DNA of 16,062 nucleotides from a virus (lineage: Duplodnaviria > Heunggongvirae > Uroviricota > Caudoviricetes): IMG/VR virus record IMGVR_UViG_2690316131_000008. One strand, given 5' to 3'. Position numbers and translations under genes: made by a program. Below, piece by piece: positions 6,905 to 14,539 of the stretch. The first letter of the stretch is position 1. Each line of letters starts with the position of its first letter. The notes below the pieces were generated by a model. That model saw only the letters and a program-made list of their open reading frames with translations, searched no databases and was not told the origin of the DNA.

Positions 6905-7546
6905 TCATGCGTTAGTTTCTCCACAACCAGAAGCAATCGACGCCACGACGCCCGGAGCTGCACACTCGCGGGCGTTACTCTTTTCCGGCGCACAAAAAAC
7001 ACGAAATAACAGTGTTAAATGCTCCTGCCACTTCGCCATTACTTGGTAGCTGTTCTCTTCGATTTGCTCACGCTCAGCTTGGTCAATAACTCCATCAGCA
7101 GTTGCCTTGCGTAAGTACTGGGAATGCTTGCCAATCCATTCTATTGACTCCATCAGCCGCTGATTAATGTCACCATTGTCAATGTCATCAATGACCACCA
7201 GCGGCACAAACACCCCATTACTACGACGGGCTATTGCATCCGTTACATGCCTGGTACCACTGGCATCCTGTAAAACCATGGCCCACTCAAGTGGAAAAAT
7301 TTGATCCCCACCGCTACGCAGTCTGTTATGCAATTGATCTTTTGCTGGGGTGATATCATCAGATTTATACAAACCAAGAATTTCTGCTGCTTCCTCATAG
7401 CCATGAGGTAAATCAGCAATCGTTCTTCGTATTGCTGCCACCAGCCATGCTGGTTGCTTATCAACTTTCCATTCAGGTTCTTTACCCACGTTTAAGCCCT
7501 CATATCTGTGGTTTCTGTAAATCGATTTATCCATTAGATTTTTCAT
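6905..7546 (-). CDS. YdaT/CII-like putative regulatory protein
   Basis: Sits directly downstream of the Cro/YdaS-like gene, where lambdoid and Rac-type prophages carry cII or ydaT. Start set at the ATG at 7546 (MKNLMDK...), since the track ORF (to 7603) would overlap cro by 77 nt. Functional assignment is positional. Confidence 0.45.
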   Translation of the reverse strand: MKNLMDKSIYRNHRYEGLNVGKEPEWKVDKQPAWLVAAIRRTIADLPHGYEEAAEILGLYKSDDITPAKDQLHNRLRSGGDQIFPLEWAMVLQDASGTRHVTDAIARRSNGVFVPLVVIDDIDNGDINQRLMESIEWIGKHSQYLRKATADGVIDQAEREQIEENSYQVMAKWQEHLTLLFRVFCAPEKSNARECAAPGVVASIASGCGETNA

Positions 7547-7727
7547 AAAGCTCAGGTTTAAATGGCAACCGTCCGCAAGTTCTATATGCAGCCTCTGCTG
7601 CACGTCCTTTTGGAATTAACTGGCCAGGACGGTTTCGCCACTGATAAACGGCTTCAGTTGTTATGCCGAAAAAAGCAGCAACTTTCTCAATGCTGCCGAA
7701 GTAGCTTTCGATATCGTCAGTCGTCAT
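7527..7727 (-). CDS. Cro/YdaS-like HTH transcriptional regulator
   Basis: 66-aa protein; [46 protein letters not shown] fits the Cro/YdaS-type HTH pattern. Divergent from the CI-like repressor across a 97-bp operator region. Confidence 0.7.
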   Translation of the reverse strand: MTTDDIESYFGSIEKVAAFFGITTEAVYQWRNRPGQLIPKGRAAEAAYRTCGRLPFKPELYEKSNG

Positions 7728-7738
7728 ATGCCCTCCAA

Positions 7739-7803
7739 ACTAAGTTTTATTAGATGTTAATTATCAATCTATCTTAGGTCAATAAAAACTAAGATTACTT
7801 AGT
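7739..7803. promoter_or_regulatory. Divergent promoter/operator region (OR-like) with two 16-bp operator-like sites
   Basis: ACTAAGTTTTATTAGA (7739-7754) and ACTAAGATTACTTAGT (7788-7803) share the pattern ACTAAG-N4-nTTAGn with inverted half-sites, in the 97-bp gap between cro and cI. Confidence 0.5.
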
Positions 7804-7824
7804 AATTAAAGAAATGGTGCTCCT

Positions 7825-8451
7825 ATGGAAACGGTTGGTCAGCGTATAAAAGCTCTGAGAAGAGTTACCAGAACGTCCCAGAAAGAATTGGGTAAATTTT
7901 GTGGAGTAAGTGACGTTGCTGTGGGGTACTGGGAGAAAGACATCAATGTCCCTGGTGGGGAAGCACTTTCAAAATTAGCGAAGTTCTTCAATACGTCAAT
8001 AGATTACATTCTTTATGGTGCGGAGTTTGAAGGCAAACTCGTCACAAACATGCGCAGAGTTCCTGTAATCTCGTGGGTTCAGGCTGGGCAGTTTACTGAG
8101 TGCAGGACAGCAGAAGTGTTTAGTGAAGTAGACAAGTGGGTAGATACATCATTAAAGATTGGTGATAACTCATTTGCATTGGAGGTTAAAGGCGACTCCA
8201 TGACTAACCCTAACGGCCTCCCAACAATACCAGAAGGCGCAACAGTGATTGTAGATCCTGATGCAGAACCCCGGCATGGAAAAATAGTCATCGCTAGACT
8301 TGATGGAACAAACGAAGCCACAGTAAAAAAATTAGTTATCGATGGCCCTCAAAAGTTTTTAGTGCCATTAAATCCCCGGTACCCCAACATCCCGATCAAT
8401 GGTAATTGCCTCATCATTGGTGTAGTCAAAGGAGTTCAATACGAACTCTAG
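7825..8451 (+). CDS. CI-like phage repressor (N-terminal HTH, C-terminal S24 LexA-like peptidase)
   Basis: N-terminus QRIKALRRVTRTSQKELGKFCGVSDVAVGYWE is an XRE-type HTH. C-terminus carries GDSM (Ser nucleophile) and VKKL (Lys general base about 40 residues later), as in LexA/lambda CI. Confidence 0.85.
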   Translation: METVGQRIKALRRVTRTSQKELGKFCGVSDVAVGYWEKDINVPGGEALSKLAKFFNTSIDYILYGAEFEGKLVTNMRRVPVISWVQAGQFTECRTAEVFSEVDKWVDTSLKIGDNSFALEVKGDSMTNPNGLPTIPEGATVIVDPDAEPRHGKIVIARLDGTNEATVKKLVIDGPQKFLVPLNPRYPNIPINGNCLIIGVVKGVQYEL

Positions 8452-8470
8452 CCCCCCTTTTCTCTAACCA

Positions 8471-8508
8471 AAACACCGAACTAAGAAAAGTTTGGTGTTT
8501 TCTCTTGC
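8471..8508 (+). terminator. Putative terminator downstream of cI
   Basis: 11-bp stem (8471-8481 / 8490-8500, one G-U pair), 8-nt loop, followed by tctcttg. The U-tract is weak. Confidence 0.35.
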
Positions 8509-8540
8509 CATCAAAACTAAGTTAAGTTAGATTTTATATC
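8505..8540 (+). promoter_or_regulatory. Putative early-left promoter (pL-like) with operator-like site
   Basis: TTGCCA (8505-8510), 17-bp spacer, TAGATT (8528-8533). Overlaps a third copy of the operator motif, ACTAAGTTAAGTTAGA (8516-8531). Confidence 0.3.
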
Positions 8541-8628
8541 AAAGATAACGAACAGGCAGGACGCCCACGAAGTAGCCGACGGTGGCGTATGAATGACCGG
8601 ATGATTCGCAAATGGCAGGAGAGTGAAT

Positions 8629-9021
8629 ATGGATGGCAGTATCGACAACCAACGAGATGCCTGGCTTGTGGTGATTGAAGCAGCAAAAACTGCATTAAGC
8701 CAAGTTGAAAGCAGTAACTACAGAACAGTTAAACAAATGGCTTTGGGCTCTATTATCTATGCCTTTGAAAAGCTGGGCTTTGATTTTGAAGCAACGAGTA
8801 TTCTGTCAGAACAACATGAAAAAATGAATAGAGAAGACGCCGCAGCCTATATCGGCGTAGAAGCGCAAACCTTAGCTAATTGGGCTAGCACAGGAAAAGT
8901 TCGAATACCTTTTTTAAAAATCGGTAGAAAGGTTATTTACCTAAAAAGTGATCTTGAGCCTATCTTGCCTCATCGAAGGCAAATACCACCAAGTAGCTCA
9001 CGTACCTACCACCTCGCCTGA
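8629..9021 (+). CDS. HTH (excisionase/AlpA-type, HTH_17-like) DNA-binding protein
   Basis: C-terminal REDAAAYIGVEAQTLANWASTGKVRIPFLKIGRKVIYLKSDLE fits the excisionase/AlpA-type HTH pattern. ATG at 8629 with AGGAG 7 nt upstream (the track start at 8623 is a GTG). First gene after cI on the plus strand. Confidence 0.5.
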   Translation: MDGSIDNQRDAWLVVIEAAKTALSQVESSNYRTVKQMALGSIIYAFEKLGFDFEATSILSEQHEKMNREDAAAYIGVEAQTLANWASTGKVRIPFLKIGRKVIYLKSDLEPILPHRRQIPPSSSRTYHLA

Positions 9022-9227
9022 TGTGGCTAAAAGCAGGCACATAACAGCTAAGTATTTTCAACCAGAGAGAATCCTTAGCGTTGTGGTGAATGCGCAGGCT
9101 GATGCGCGAAAGACATTGCAGCTATTGCGGAAAAGAGCTGTTCGGCGGGGCAATTAAACGCCCGTGAGAGTCTGAAATAACCGCAAGCCGGAGATCAGCA
9201 CCGGTCACCACAACAGCCACTGCTTTG

Positions 9228-9275
9228 GCGGTACCAGTTTGTACACTTGCTTCCGGCTGGTACCGCTCTTTTTAC
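9228..9275 (+). terminator. Rho-independent terminator upstream of the rdgC-like gene
   Basis: Perfect 10-bp stem gcggtaccag / ctggtaccgc (9228-9237 / 9257-9266) with a 19-nt loop, followed by tcttttta (9267-9274). Confidence 0.5.
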
Positions 9276-9396
9276 AAAACAGAGAAGAGCATCACCGGCC
9301 GACGGGCTCATAACCCAATCCATCCGGGCGGCTGCCACCGCAGGTGTTCTTCTCTGTTTTGTGGAGAAACTAATATCTTGTGCAGAGGAAAATAGA

Positions 9397-10314
9397 ATGA
9401 AATTACCAAAATTTCGTAACGCAATTGTGTACCGAGCAACATTACCTAGTATACAGGCTATTGAAGGTCATCTTCTCGAACTCCCTTATTCTGAAATCGG
9501 GGAAACAGAATTTTCACGGTCCTCTTTTGTAGAGAATCCTGTCACTGGTGAACTGGTAACTCCGATATCTGGTGGGTACGCAATGGTAATCCGTCATGAT
9601 CAGAAAATAATTCCCCGACATGTCGTCATGAAAGAAGCTAATTCTCGAATCCAAACAATCGAAAATATGTCCGGGAATAAATTAAAGCGTGCCGAACGAC
9701 TGGCCATTATTGATAACGTACGAGTAGATCTATGCAAACAGGCATTTGTTAAGTCTACGCTGATTCTTGCATTGTACAGCACTGATGAGAAATTATTGGT
9801 AATCAACACAACCAATAAAATAATAGCCGGTATGGTATGCGCAATGCTGATTAAGGTTGTCGGTTCAGTGAAAACAGAAACAATCAACATCAGTGATATC
9901 AAGAATGGACTGACTACACGCCTGAATAACTACATCAATGGTGCAGCCAATGCATTTGAAGGATTCACTGTCGGAAATTATATTCAGCTATCACGCTACG
10001 CAGATCAAAAGGAAATTATTCGCTACTCAGCTGAGCATGAGTCAATTCAAAGCGAACTGGCCGATAGTCTTAGTAGTAGTTTCACTGCTGATAAAATGGA
10101 GTTATCCGGTTGCGGTGTGACCTTCATTCTTACCGAAAATTTCCATTTTTCGCGCATCAATACTCAATCTCAGACATTTAATGATGAAGATGATAAAGCA
10201 TTCCAGTGGCGTCATCAGACTGGCGCTGACCTTTTCCAATTCAGCAAGGTAGTTAATTTGATGTGTGACCTTCTTTCTTACAAAGAAGATAAAAGCCAAA
10301 ATCCAACAACTTAA
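9397..10314 (+). CDS. RdgC-like recombination-associated protein
   Basis: 305 aa from the ATG at 9397 (GAGGA 7 nt upstream). N-terminus MKLPKFRNAIVYR parallels E. coli RdgC (MLWFKNLMVYR), and length matches (~303 aa). AT-rich. Family call from memory. Confidence 0.5.
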   Translation: MKLPKFRNAIVYRATLPSIQAIEGHLLELPYSEIGETEFSRSSFVENPVTGELVTPISGGYAMVIRHDQKIIPRHVVMKEANSRIQTIENMSGNKLKRAERLAIIDNVRVDLCKQAFVKSTLILALYSTDEKLLVINTTNKIIAGMVCAMLIKVVGSVKTETINISDIKNGLTTRLNNYINGAANAFEGFTVGNYIQLSRYADQKEIIRYSAEHESIQSELADSLSSSFTADKMELSGCGVTFILTENFHFSRINTQSQTFNDEDDKAFQWRHQTGADLFQFSKVVNLMCDLLSYKEDKSQNPTT

Positions 10315-10404
10315 AAAAATTGCAGCAATCATCCCATGTCAAATGGGCTGGATTGCTGCAATCAAAATTCAGAGCGGTGCAGCGCATATAACGTGGAGAA
10401 CAAA

Positions 10405-10941
10405 ATGTCATTTATTAAAACTTTTTCCGGGAAGCATTTTTATTATGACAAGATAAATAAAGACGACATCGTGATTAACGATATCGCGGTTTCCCTTTCA
10501 AATATCTGCCGCTTTGCCGGTCATCTTTCTCACTTCTACAGTGTCGCCCAACATGCGGTGCTTTGCAGCCAGCTGGTGCCGCAGGAATTTGCTTTTGAAG
10601 CGTTAATGCATGATGCAACAGAAGCGTATTGCCAGGATATTCCCGCTCCACTGAAACGCCTTCTTCCTGACTATAAACGGATGGAAGAAAAAATAGACGC
10701 CGTAATCCGTGAGAAATACGGGTTACCCCCGGTTATGAGCACGCCTGTGAAATATGCCGATCTCATCATGCTGGCAACCGAACGCCGCGATCTCGGGCTT
10801 GATGATGGCTCTTTCTGGCCAGTACTGGAAGGTATCCCGGCAACAGAAATGTTCAAAGTTATTCCACTGGCTCCGAGCCATGCCTACGGGATGTTTATGG
10901 AGCGCTTTAACGAGTTATCGGAGTTACGCACATGCGCATGA
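10405..10941 (+). CDS. HD-domain phosphohydrolase (YfbR-like putative 5'-deoxynucleotidase)
   Basis: Motifs AGHLSHFYSVAQHAV ... ALMHDATEAY (His...His-Asp) fit the HD superfamily. Start at the ATG at 10405 (GGAG 6 nt upstream). Confidence 0.65.
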   Translation: MSFIKTFSGKHFYYDKINKDDIVINDIAVSLSNICRFAGHLSHFYSVAQHAVLCSQLVPQEFAFEALMHDATEAYCQDIPAPLKRLLPDYKRMEEKIDAVIREKYGLPPVMSTPVKYADLIMLATERRDLGLDDGSFWPVLEGIPATEMFKVIPLAPSHAYGMFMERFNELSELRTCA

Positions 10942-11543
10942 ATGTTTTCGAAATGGAAGGGTTTCTTCGCGGGAAATGTGTACCACGAGATCTGAAAGTG
11001 AATGAAACAAATGCTGAATATCTGGTGCGTAAATTTGCTGAAGCGGAGGCCAAGATTTTGGCTCTGTCCGAAGACCAACAGAAAGCGATTGAGTCAATTA
11101 AGCAGGCTGATGCAGCTGTTAAGTTGGCACACGAGAAGTTTTCGGTGCTGGCGGCGGAGAATGCGGGGCTGAAACACGCAATGGCCGTAACTCTTGAGCA
11201 TGTGTCGGTCACGGATGCAGGGCAGGCTGGTGTTGCTGCAATGATTATCAACGATGCCCTACACCACAGCGAAACTCCAGCCACCGATGCTTTCCTGGCT
11301 GAAATTCGTGCGGAAGCACGCAACGAGGGGATTAACTATACCGCAAGCCGTCTTGCTGCTGCTTTCAATCACGGATTTATCAATGAGTCTTTACGTGAAG
11401 TTTTCGACGTTACACGCATGATTCTGTCAGCGAAAGAAGAGTTGGCTAATGAACCACACCCGATTGATGGCCTGTCCGGTGAATATGCGGAGAAATCCCT
11501 AGAAGAATGGGCGGAACAGATTCGCAAAGGAGGCAACCAGTGA
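10932..11543 (+). CDS. Hypothetical protein (Ala/Glu-rich, probably helical)
   Basis: 203-aa ORF overlapping the HD gene stop by 10 nt; GGAG upstream. No recognisable domain. Confidence 0.55.
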   Translation: MRMNVFEMEGFLRGKCVPRDLKVNETNAEYLVRKFAEAEAKILALSEDQQKAIESIKQADAAVKLAHEKFSVLAAENAGLKHAMAVTLEHVSVTDAGQAGVAAMIINDALHHSETPATDAFLAEIRAEARNEGINYTASRLAAAFNHGFINESLREVFDVTRMILSAKEELANEPHPIDGLSGEYAEKSLEEWAEQIRKGGNQ

Positions 11544-11764
11544 GCGGAAAAAGAATGACTAACAGAGAGCTTGTTGATGCCGCGATTAAGCTTGCTGGTG
11601 ATTTTTATTCAATGATGGGGTACGCGCATCGCCCTGGATTCAAATATTGGGAATCACCGCATCCGCAAGAGCAACTGGTATTTCAAATGGCCTGCCGTGC
11701 TTTTGAGGTTATTCGCGGTTCTGATGTGATGGACGCCGTTGCCGACTTGGAGGATGAAGAGTGA
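11540..11764 (+). CDS. Small hypothetical protein
   Basis: GTG start at 11540 overlapping the upstream TGA stop (GTGA), with AAGGAGG 6 nt upstream; an ATG at 11555 is the alternative start. Confidence 0.45.
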   Translation: MSGKRMTNRELVDAAIKLAGDFYSMMGYAHRPGFKYWESPHPQEQLVFQMACRAFEVIRGSDVMDAVADLEDEE

Positions 11765-12309
11765 CCCAAATTAACTATCAGGCACTGCGTGAAAAGGCAG
11801 AGAAAGCAACTAAAGGAAGCTACATCGTAGGGCATACATCTGTTAACCAGCACGGCAATTTAACAGGAGTTTTTGTTTGCCAAAAATGGAAAGGAGAACC
11901 CGGTGGCGTGATTGCGGAATGTCATGTTAACTGCCTGATTGAATCAGATGCTCAGGCTTATGCAAACGCTGAATTCATAGCAGAGGCTAACCCGGCTACC
12001 GTGCTGGCACTGCTGGATGAACAGGAAAGAAACCTGCAATACATCAAAAGCCGCGATCAGGAGAACGAGGATATTGCGCTAACGGTAGGGAAGCTGCGCG
12101 TTGAGCTTGAAGCAGAAAAACAGCGGGCAAAAGTTCTATTTATGGAAAATGCTCGGCTTAAGTCAGGCATAGCCGGTCTGATACACCTCGGTATTCGATA
12201 TGCAGATGTTGAGGTCATGAAAATTGCTGGAGATGCCCAGCTTTCTACCCCATGCACTGACAGCATCATAAACAGCATTGCAACAGGCATTCGCATCAAA
12301 GGAGAGTGA
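11761..12309 (+). CDS. Ead/Ea22-like protein
   Basis: N-terminus ...INYQALREKAEKATKGSY resembles the conserved N-terminus of Ea22-like early-left proteins of lambdoid phages. GTG start with GTGA overlap and GGAGG RBS. Confidence 0.55.
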   Translation: MTQINYQALREKAEKATKGSYIVGHTSVNQHGNLTGVFVCQKWKGEPGGVIAECHVNCLIESDAQAYANAEFIAEANPATVLALLDEQERNLQYIKSRDQENEDIALTVGKLRVELEAEKQRAKVLFMENARLKSGIAGLIHLGIRYADVEVMKIAGDAQLSTPCTDSIINSIATGIRIKGE

Positions 12310-12310
12310 T

Positions 12311-12826
12311 ATGGCGTTAACACACCACGAACTCTGTCAGATTGCGTACAAGTTCCTTAAGCGCAACGGGTTCAAGGTTTGCTTTCATGACCGCTTTGTT
12401 GCTGTAACCAGTACCGGAGAACAGCCAGATGCTATGGGATTCAGAAATTCAGCATCATGCCTGATAGAGGCGAAGTGTTCTCGTGCTGACTTGTTGGCAG
12501 ATAGAAAAAAGCGTTTCCGTAAAAATCCCTCACTTGGCATGGGCGACTGGCGATTCTTTATTAGTGAGCCGGAAATTATTTCAGTTGAGGATTTACCTCC
12601 CGGCTGGGGATTACTTCACGTTGTTAACGGAAGAGTACGGAAAGTACATGGATGGCCCAGGGGTAATTGCTGTTGGGGTAATCCTGACGATAAGCCATTT
12701 ACTGGGAATAAGCAGGTTGAATGCGATTACATGTTATCTGCATTAAGGCGCATGGAGTTGAGAGGGCACCTTAATGAAATATATGACGGTGTGATTGTTA
12801 ATAAGAAAGAAGGAAACGCGGCATGA
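12311..12826 (+). CDS. Hypothetical protein with PD-(D/E)xK-like nuclease signature
   Basis: Start at the ATG at 12311 (AGGAG 6 nt upstream). Sequence ...GEQPDAMGF...SCLIEAKCSRADL contains a PD ... E-x-K arrangement. Inference only. Confidence 0.45.
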   Translation: MALTHHELCQIAYKFLKRNGFKVCFHDRFVAVTSTGEQPDAMGFRNSASCLIEAKCSRADLLADRKKRFRKNPSLGMGDWRFFISEPEIISVEDLPPGWGLLHVVNGRVRKVHGWPRGNCCWGNPDDKPFTGNKQVECDYMLSALRRMELRGHLNEIYDGVIVNKKEGNAA

Positions 12827-13389
12827 TCACTATTACCAAAGGGCGACTGCTGACAATCCAGCAGTGGCGCGAAACATACGGACCTGGCAGCAACGTTGTA
12901 CTGCCAGCAGAAGAAGCGGAAGAACTGGCACGAATTGCACTGGTATCGCTGGAAGCAGAGCCTGTAAGCCAAACTTACAACTTGCCAGAATTAATCGAAG
13001 GCATGGAAGTTTCCATTGATGTAAGCACTTGTGATGTTGATTTAGGTAATCGCTATTTCGGTACCGTCACCGAGGCGTTAGAACTTGATACAGCCAAAAA
13101 TGGTTACATCCTCCTAGTTCAGGACGCAGAGCCAAACTTCGATGTAAATGGCAACTCTCCGGGAACTCCGGATAGTTGGATAAGCTGTAGTGATCGAATG
13201 CCTGAAAAGGGCCAGAACGTGCTTATTTCGGTGAATTTCGATAGCTCTCAGGTTGAACCGCTAATATGCTCCGCACGCTATACCGGAAGCACCTTTCGGC
13301 GCGGAGATGCAACGATTAAGCCGGGTAATGGTATTGAGCAAGCAACTCACTGGATGCCGCTACCGGAACCGCCGCTGGAGGTGAAGTGA
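12823..13389 (+). CDS. DUF551-like phage protein
   Basis: C-terminal WISCSDRMPEKGQNVLI ... THWMPLPEPP resembles the DUF551 conserved block of enterobacterial prophage proteins. ATGA overlap with the upstream gene. Confidence 0.6.
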   Translation: MITITKGRLLTIQQWRETYGPGSNVVLPAEEAEELARIALVSLEAEPVSQTYNLPELIEGMEVSIDVSTCDVDLGNRYFGTVTEALELDTAKNGYILLVQDAEPNFDVNGNSPGTPDSWISCSDRMPEKGQNVLISVNFDSSQVEPLICSARYTGSTFRRGDATIKPGNGIEQATHWMPLPEPPLEVK

Positions 13390-13961
13390 TGAACAACTTA
13401 ATGATCGACCTTGAGACGATGGGGAAAAATAAGGATGCACCGATCGTTTCCATTGGCGCGGTGTTCTTCACTCCAGAAATCGGAGACATCGGACAAGAAT
13501 TCTATACGGTTGTTAGCCTGGAAAGTGCTATGGAGCAAGGAGCTACACCTGACGGCGATACCATCCTGTGGTGGTTGAAACAAAGCCCTGAAGCACGAGC
13601 TGCAATCTGTATTGATGATACTTTGTCGATCAGCGATGCTCTCTCAGAACTAAATCATTTCATTAACCGGCACGCAGACAATACGAAATATTTAAAAGTC
13701 TGGGGTAACGGAGCCACCTTCGACAACGTAATTTTACGTGGAGCTTATGAGCGAGCAGGACAAATCTGCCCGTGGGCATACTGGAATGACCACGATGTAC
13801 GCACGATCGTTACGCTTGGGCGTTCCATCGGATTCGACCCCAAAATGGACATGCCTTTCGATGGCGAACGGCACAACGCCCTGGCTGATGCCCGTCATCA
13901 GGCAAAATATGTTTCCGCTATCTGGCAGAAATTAATTCCTGCCACCAGCACAGAATTATGA
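13389..13961 (+). CDS. DEDDh-type 3'-5' exonuclease (DnaQ-like)
   Basis: Exo motifs IDLETMG (D-x-E), WGNGATFD and HNALADARH (H-x4-D). Start at the ATG at 13389, or the GTG at 13386 overlapping the upstream stop. Confidence 0.75.
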   Translation: MNNLMIDLETMGKNKDAPIVSIGAVFFTPEIGDIGQEFYTVVSLESAMEQGATPDGDTILWWLKQSPEARAAICIDDTLSISDALSELNHFINRHADNTKYLKVWGNGATFDNVILRGAYERAGQICPWAYWNDHDVRTIVTLGRSIGFDPKMDMPFDGERHNALADARHQAKYVSAIWQKLIPATSTEL

Positions 13962-13997
13962 TTTTCCCGGGTGCAGCCGGTTTTGATGGAGAAAATT

Positions 13998-14279
13998 ATG
14001 AACACCTTGTTTTTACTGATGGCTGAATTCAATACCCCAAACATTGAACTCTCAGCAGTTAGCCAAAAGTACTTTGGTATGAGTCCAGCCACGGCAGAAG
14101 CAAAAGCAAACGCTTGTAAGTTGCCCGTTCCAACATATCGCATCGGCACATCACAAAAAGCAAAACGTTGCATCAATATTCAGGATCTTGCGGAATACAT
14201 AGACAAAAGGCGAGAAGAAGGACGTATCGAGTGGGAACAGGTCAGAACAGTCAAACAGAAGGGCAAAGAAAATCACTAA
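13998..14279 (+). CDS. PrtN-family excisionase-like protein (putative Xis)
   Basis: MNTLFLLMAEFNTPNIELSAVSQKYFGMSPATAEAKANACKLPVPTYRIG...IQDLAEYID resembles PrtN/Xis-type small DNA-binding proteins. ATG at 13998 with GGAG upstream. Last gene of the plus-strand operon. Confidence 0.6.
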   Translation: MNTLFLLMAEFNTPNIELSAVSQKYFGMSPATAEAKANACKLPVPTYRIGTSQKAKRCINIQDLAEYIDKRREEGRIEWEQVRTVKQKGKENH

Positions 14280-14281
14280 AG

Positions 14282-14307
14282 AAAAAACCCGCCTGAAGGC
14301 GGGTTTT
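14282..14307. terminator. Bidirectional Rho-independent terminator between convergent operons
   Basis: A6-cccgcc-tgaa-ggcggg-T4: a 6-bp GC stem with tetraloop, flanked by an A-run on one side and a T-run on the other, so it can terminate both the plus-strand xis transcript and the minus-strand Panacea operon. Confidence 0.65.
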
Positions 14308-14326
14308 CAAAAAGCACCAGCTATGA

Positions 14327-14500
14327 TCATGCTGCTTTGAGACGACGAAGCTTACCCTGCTGCTCTTTACCAGAGACAGTAGCGTGAGTGAACGCATTAG
14401 GAGCAGCCTTCATCAGAACTTCAACAGCAGCACCCATACCTACGAATGCTTTCATTGTGTCGAACTTAACCTGTGGCTTGGTTGCTTTTTGATCTTCCAT
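14327..14500 (-). CDS. Small hypothetical protein (57 aa), possible third gene of the Panacea operon
   Basis: Not in the ORF track (under 60 aa). By hand: MEDQKATKPQVKFDTMKAFVGMGAAVEVLMKAAPNAFTHATVSGKEQQGKLRRLKAA. ATG at 14500 with GGAG ~6 nt upstream, 40 nt after the 139-aa gene stop, ending just before the terminator. Confidence 0.35.
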   Translation of the reverse strand: MEDQKATKPQVKFDTMKAFVGMGAAVEVLMKAAPNAFTHATVSGKEQQGKLRRLKAA

Positions 14501-14539
14501 AGAAAACTCCAGAAGTTATACCGAAACAATTCCTGTTGT

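Noticed and set aside
7243-7464. 73-aa minus-strand ORF inside the cII-like gene, and 7562-7753 plus-strand ORF antisense to cro
   Set aside because: Both are alternative frames or antisense to better-supported genes, with no independent signals.
8948-9157. 69-aa plus-strand ORF overlapping the 3' end of the HTH gene
   Set aside because: No RBS and a large overlap with a better-supported gene. The Arg-rich C-terminus prompted a check for an N-like antiterminator, but there is no supporting context.
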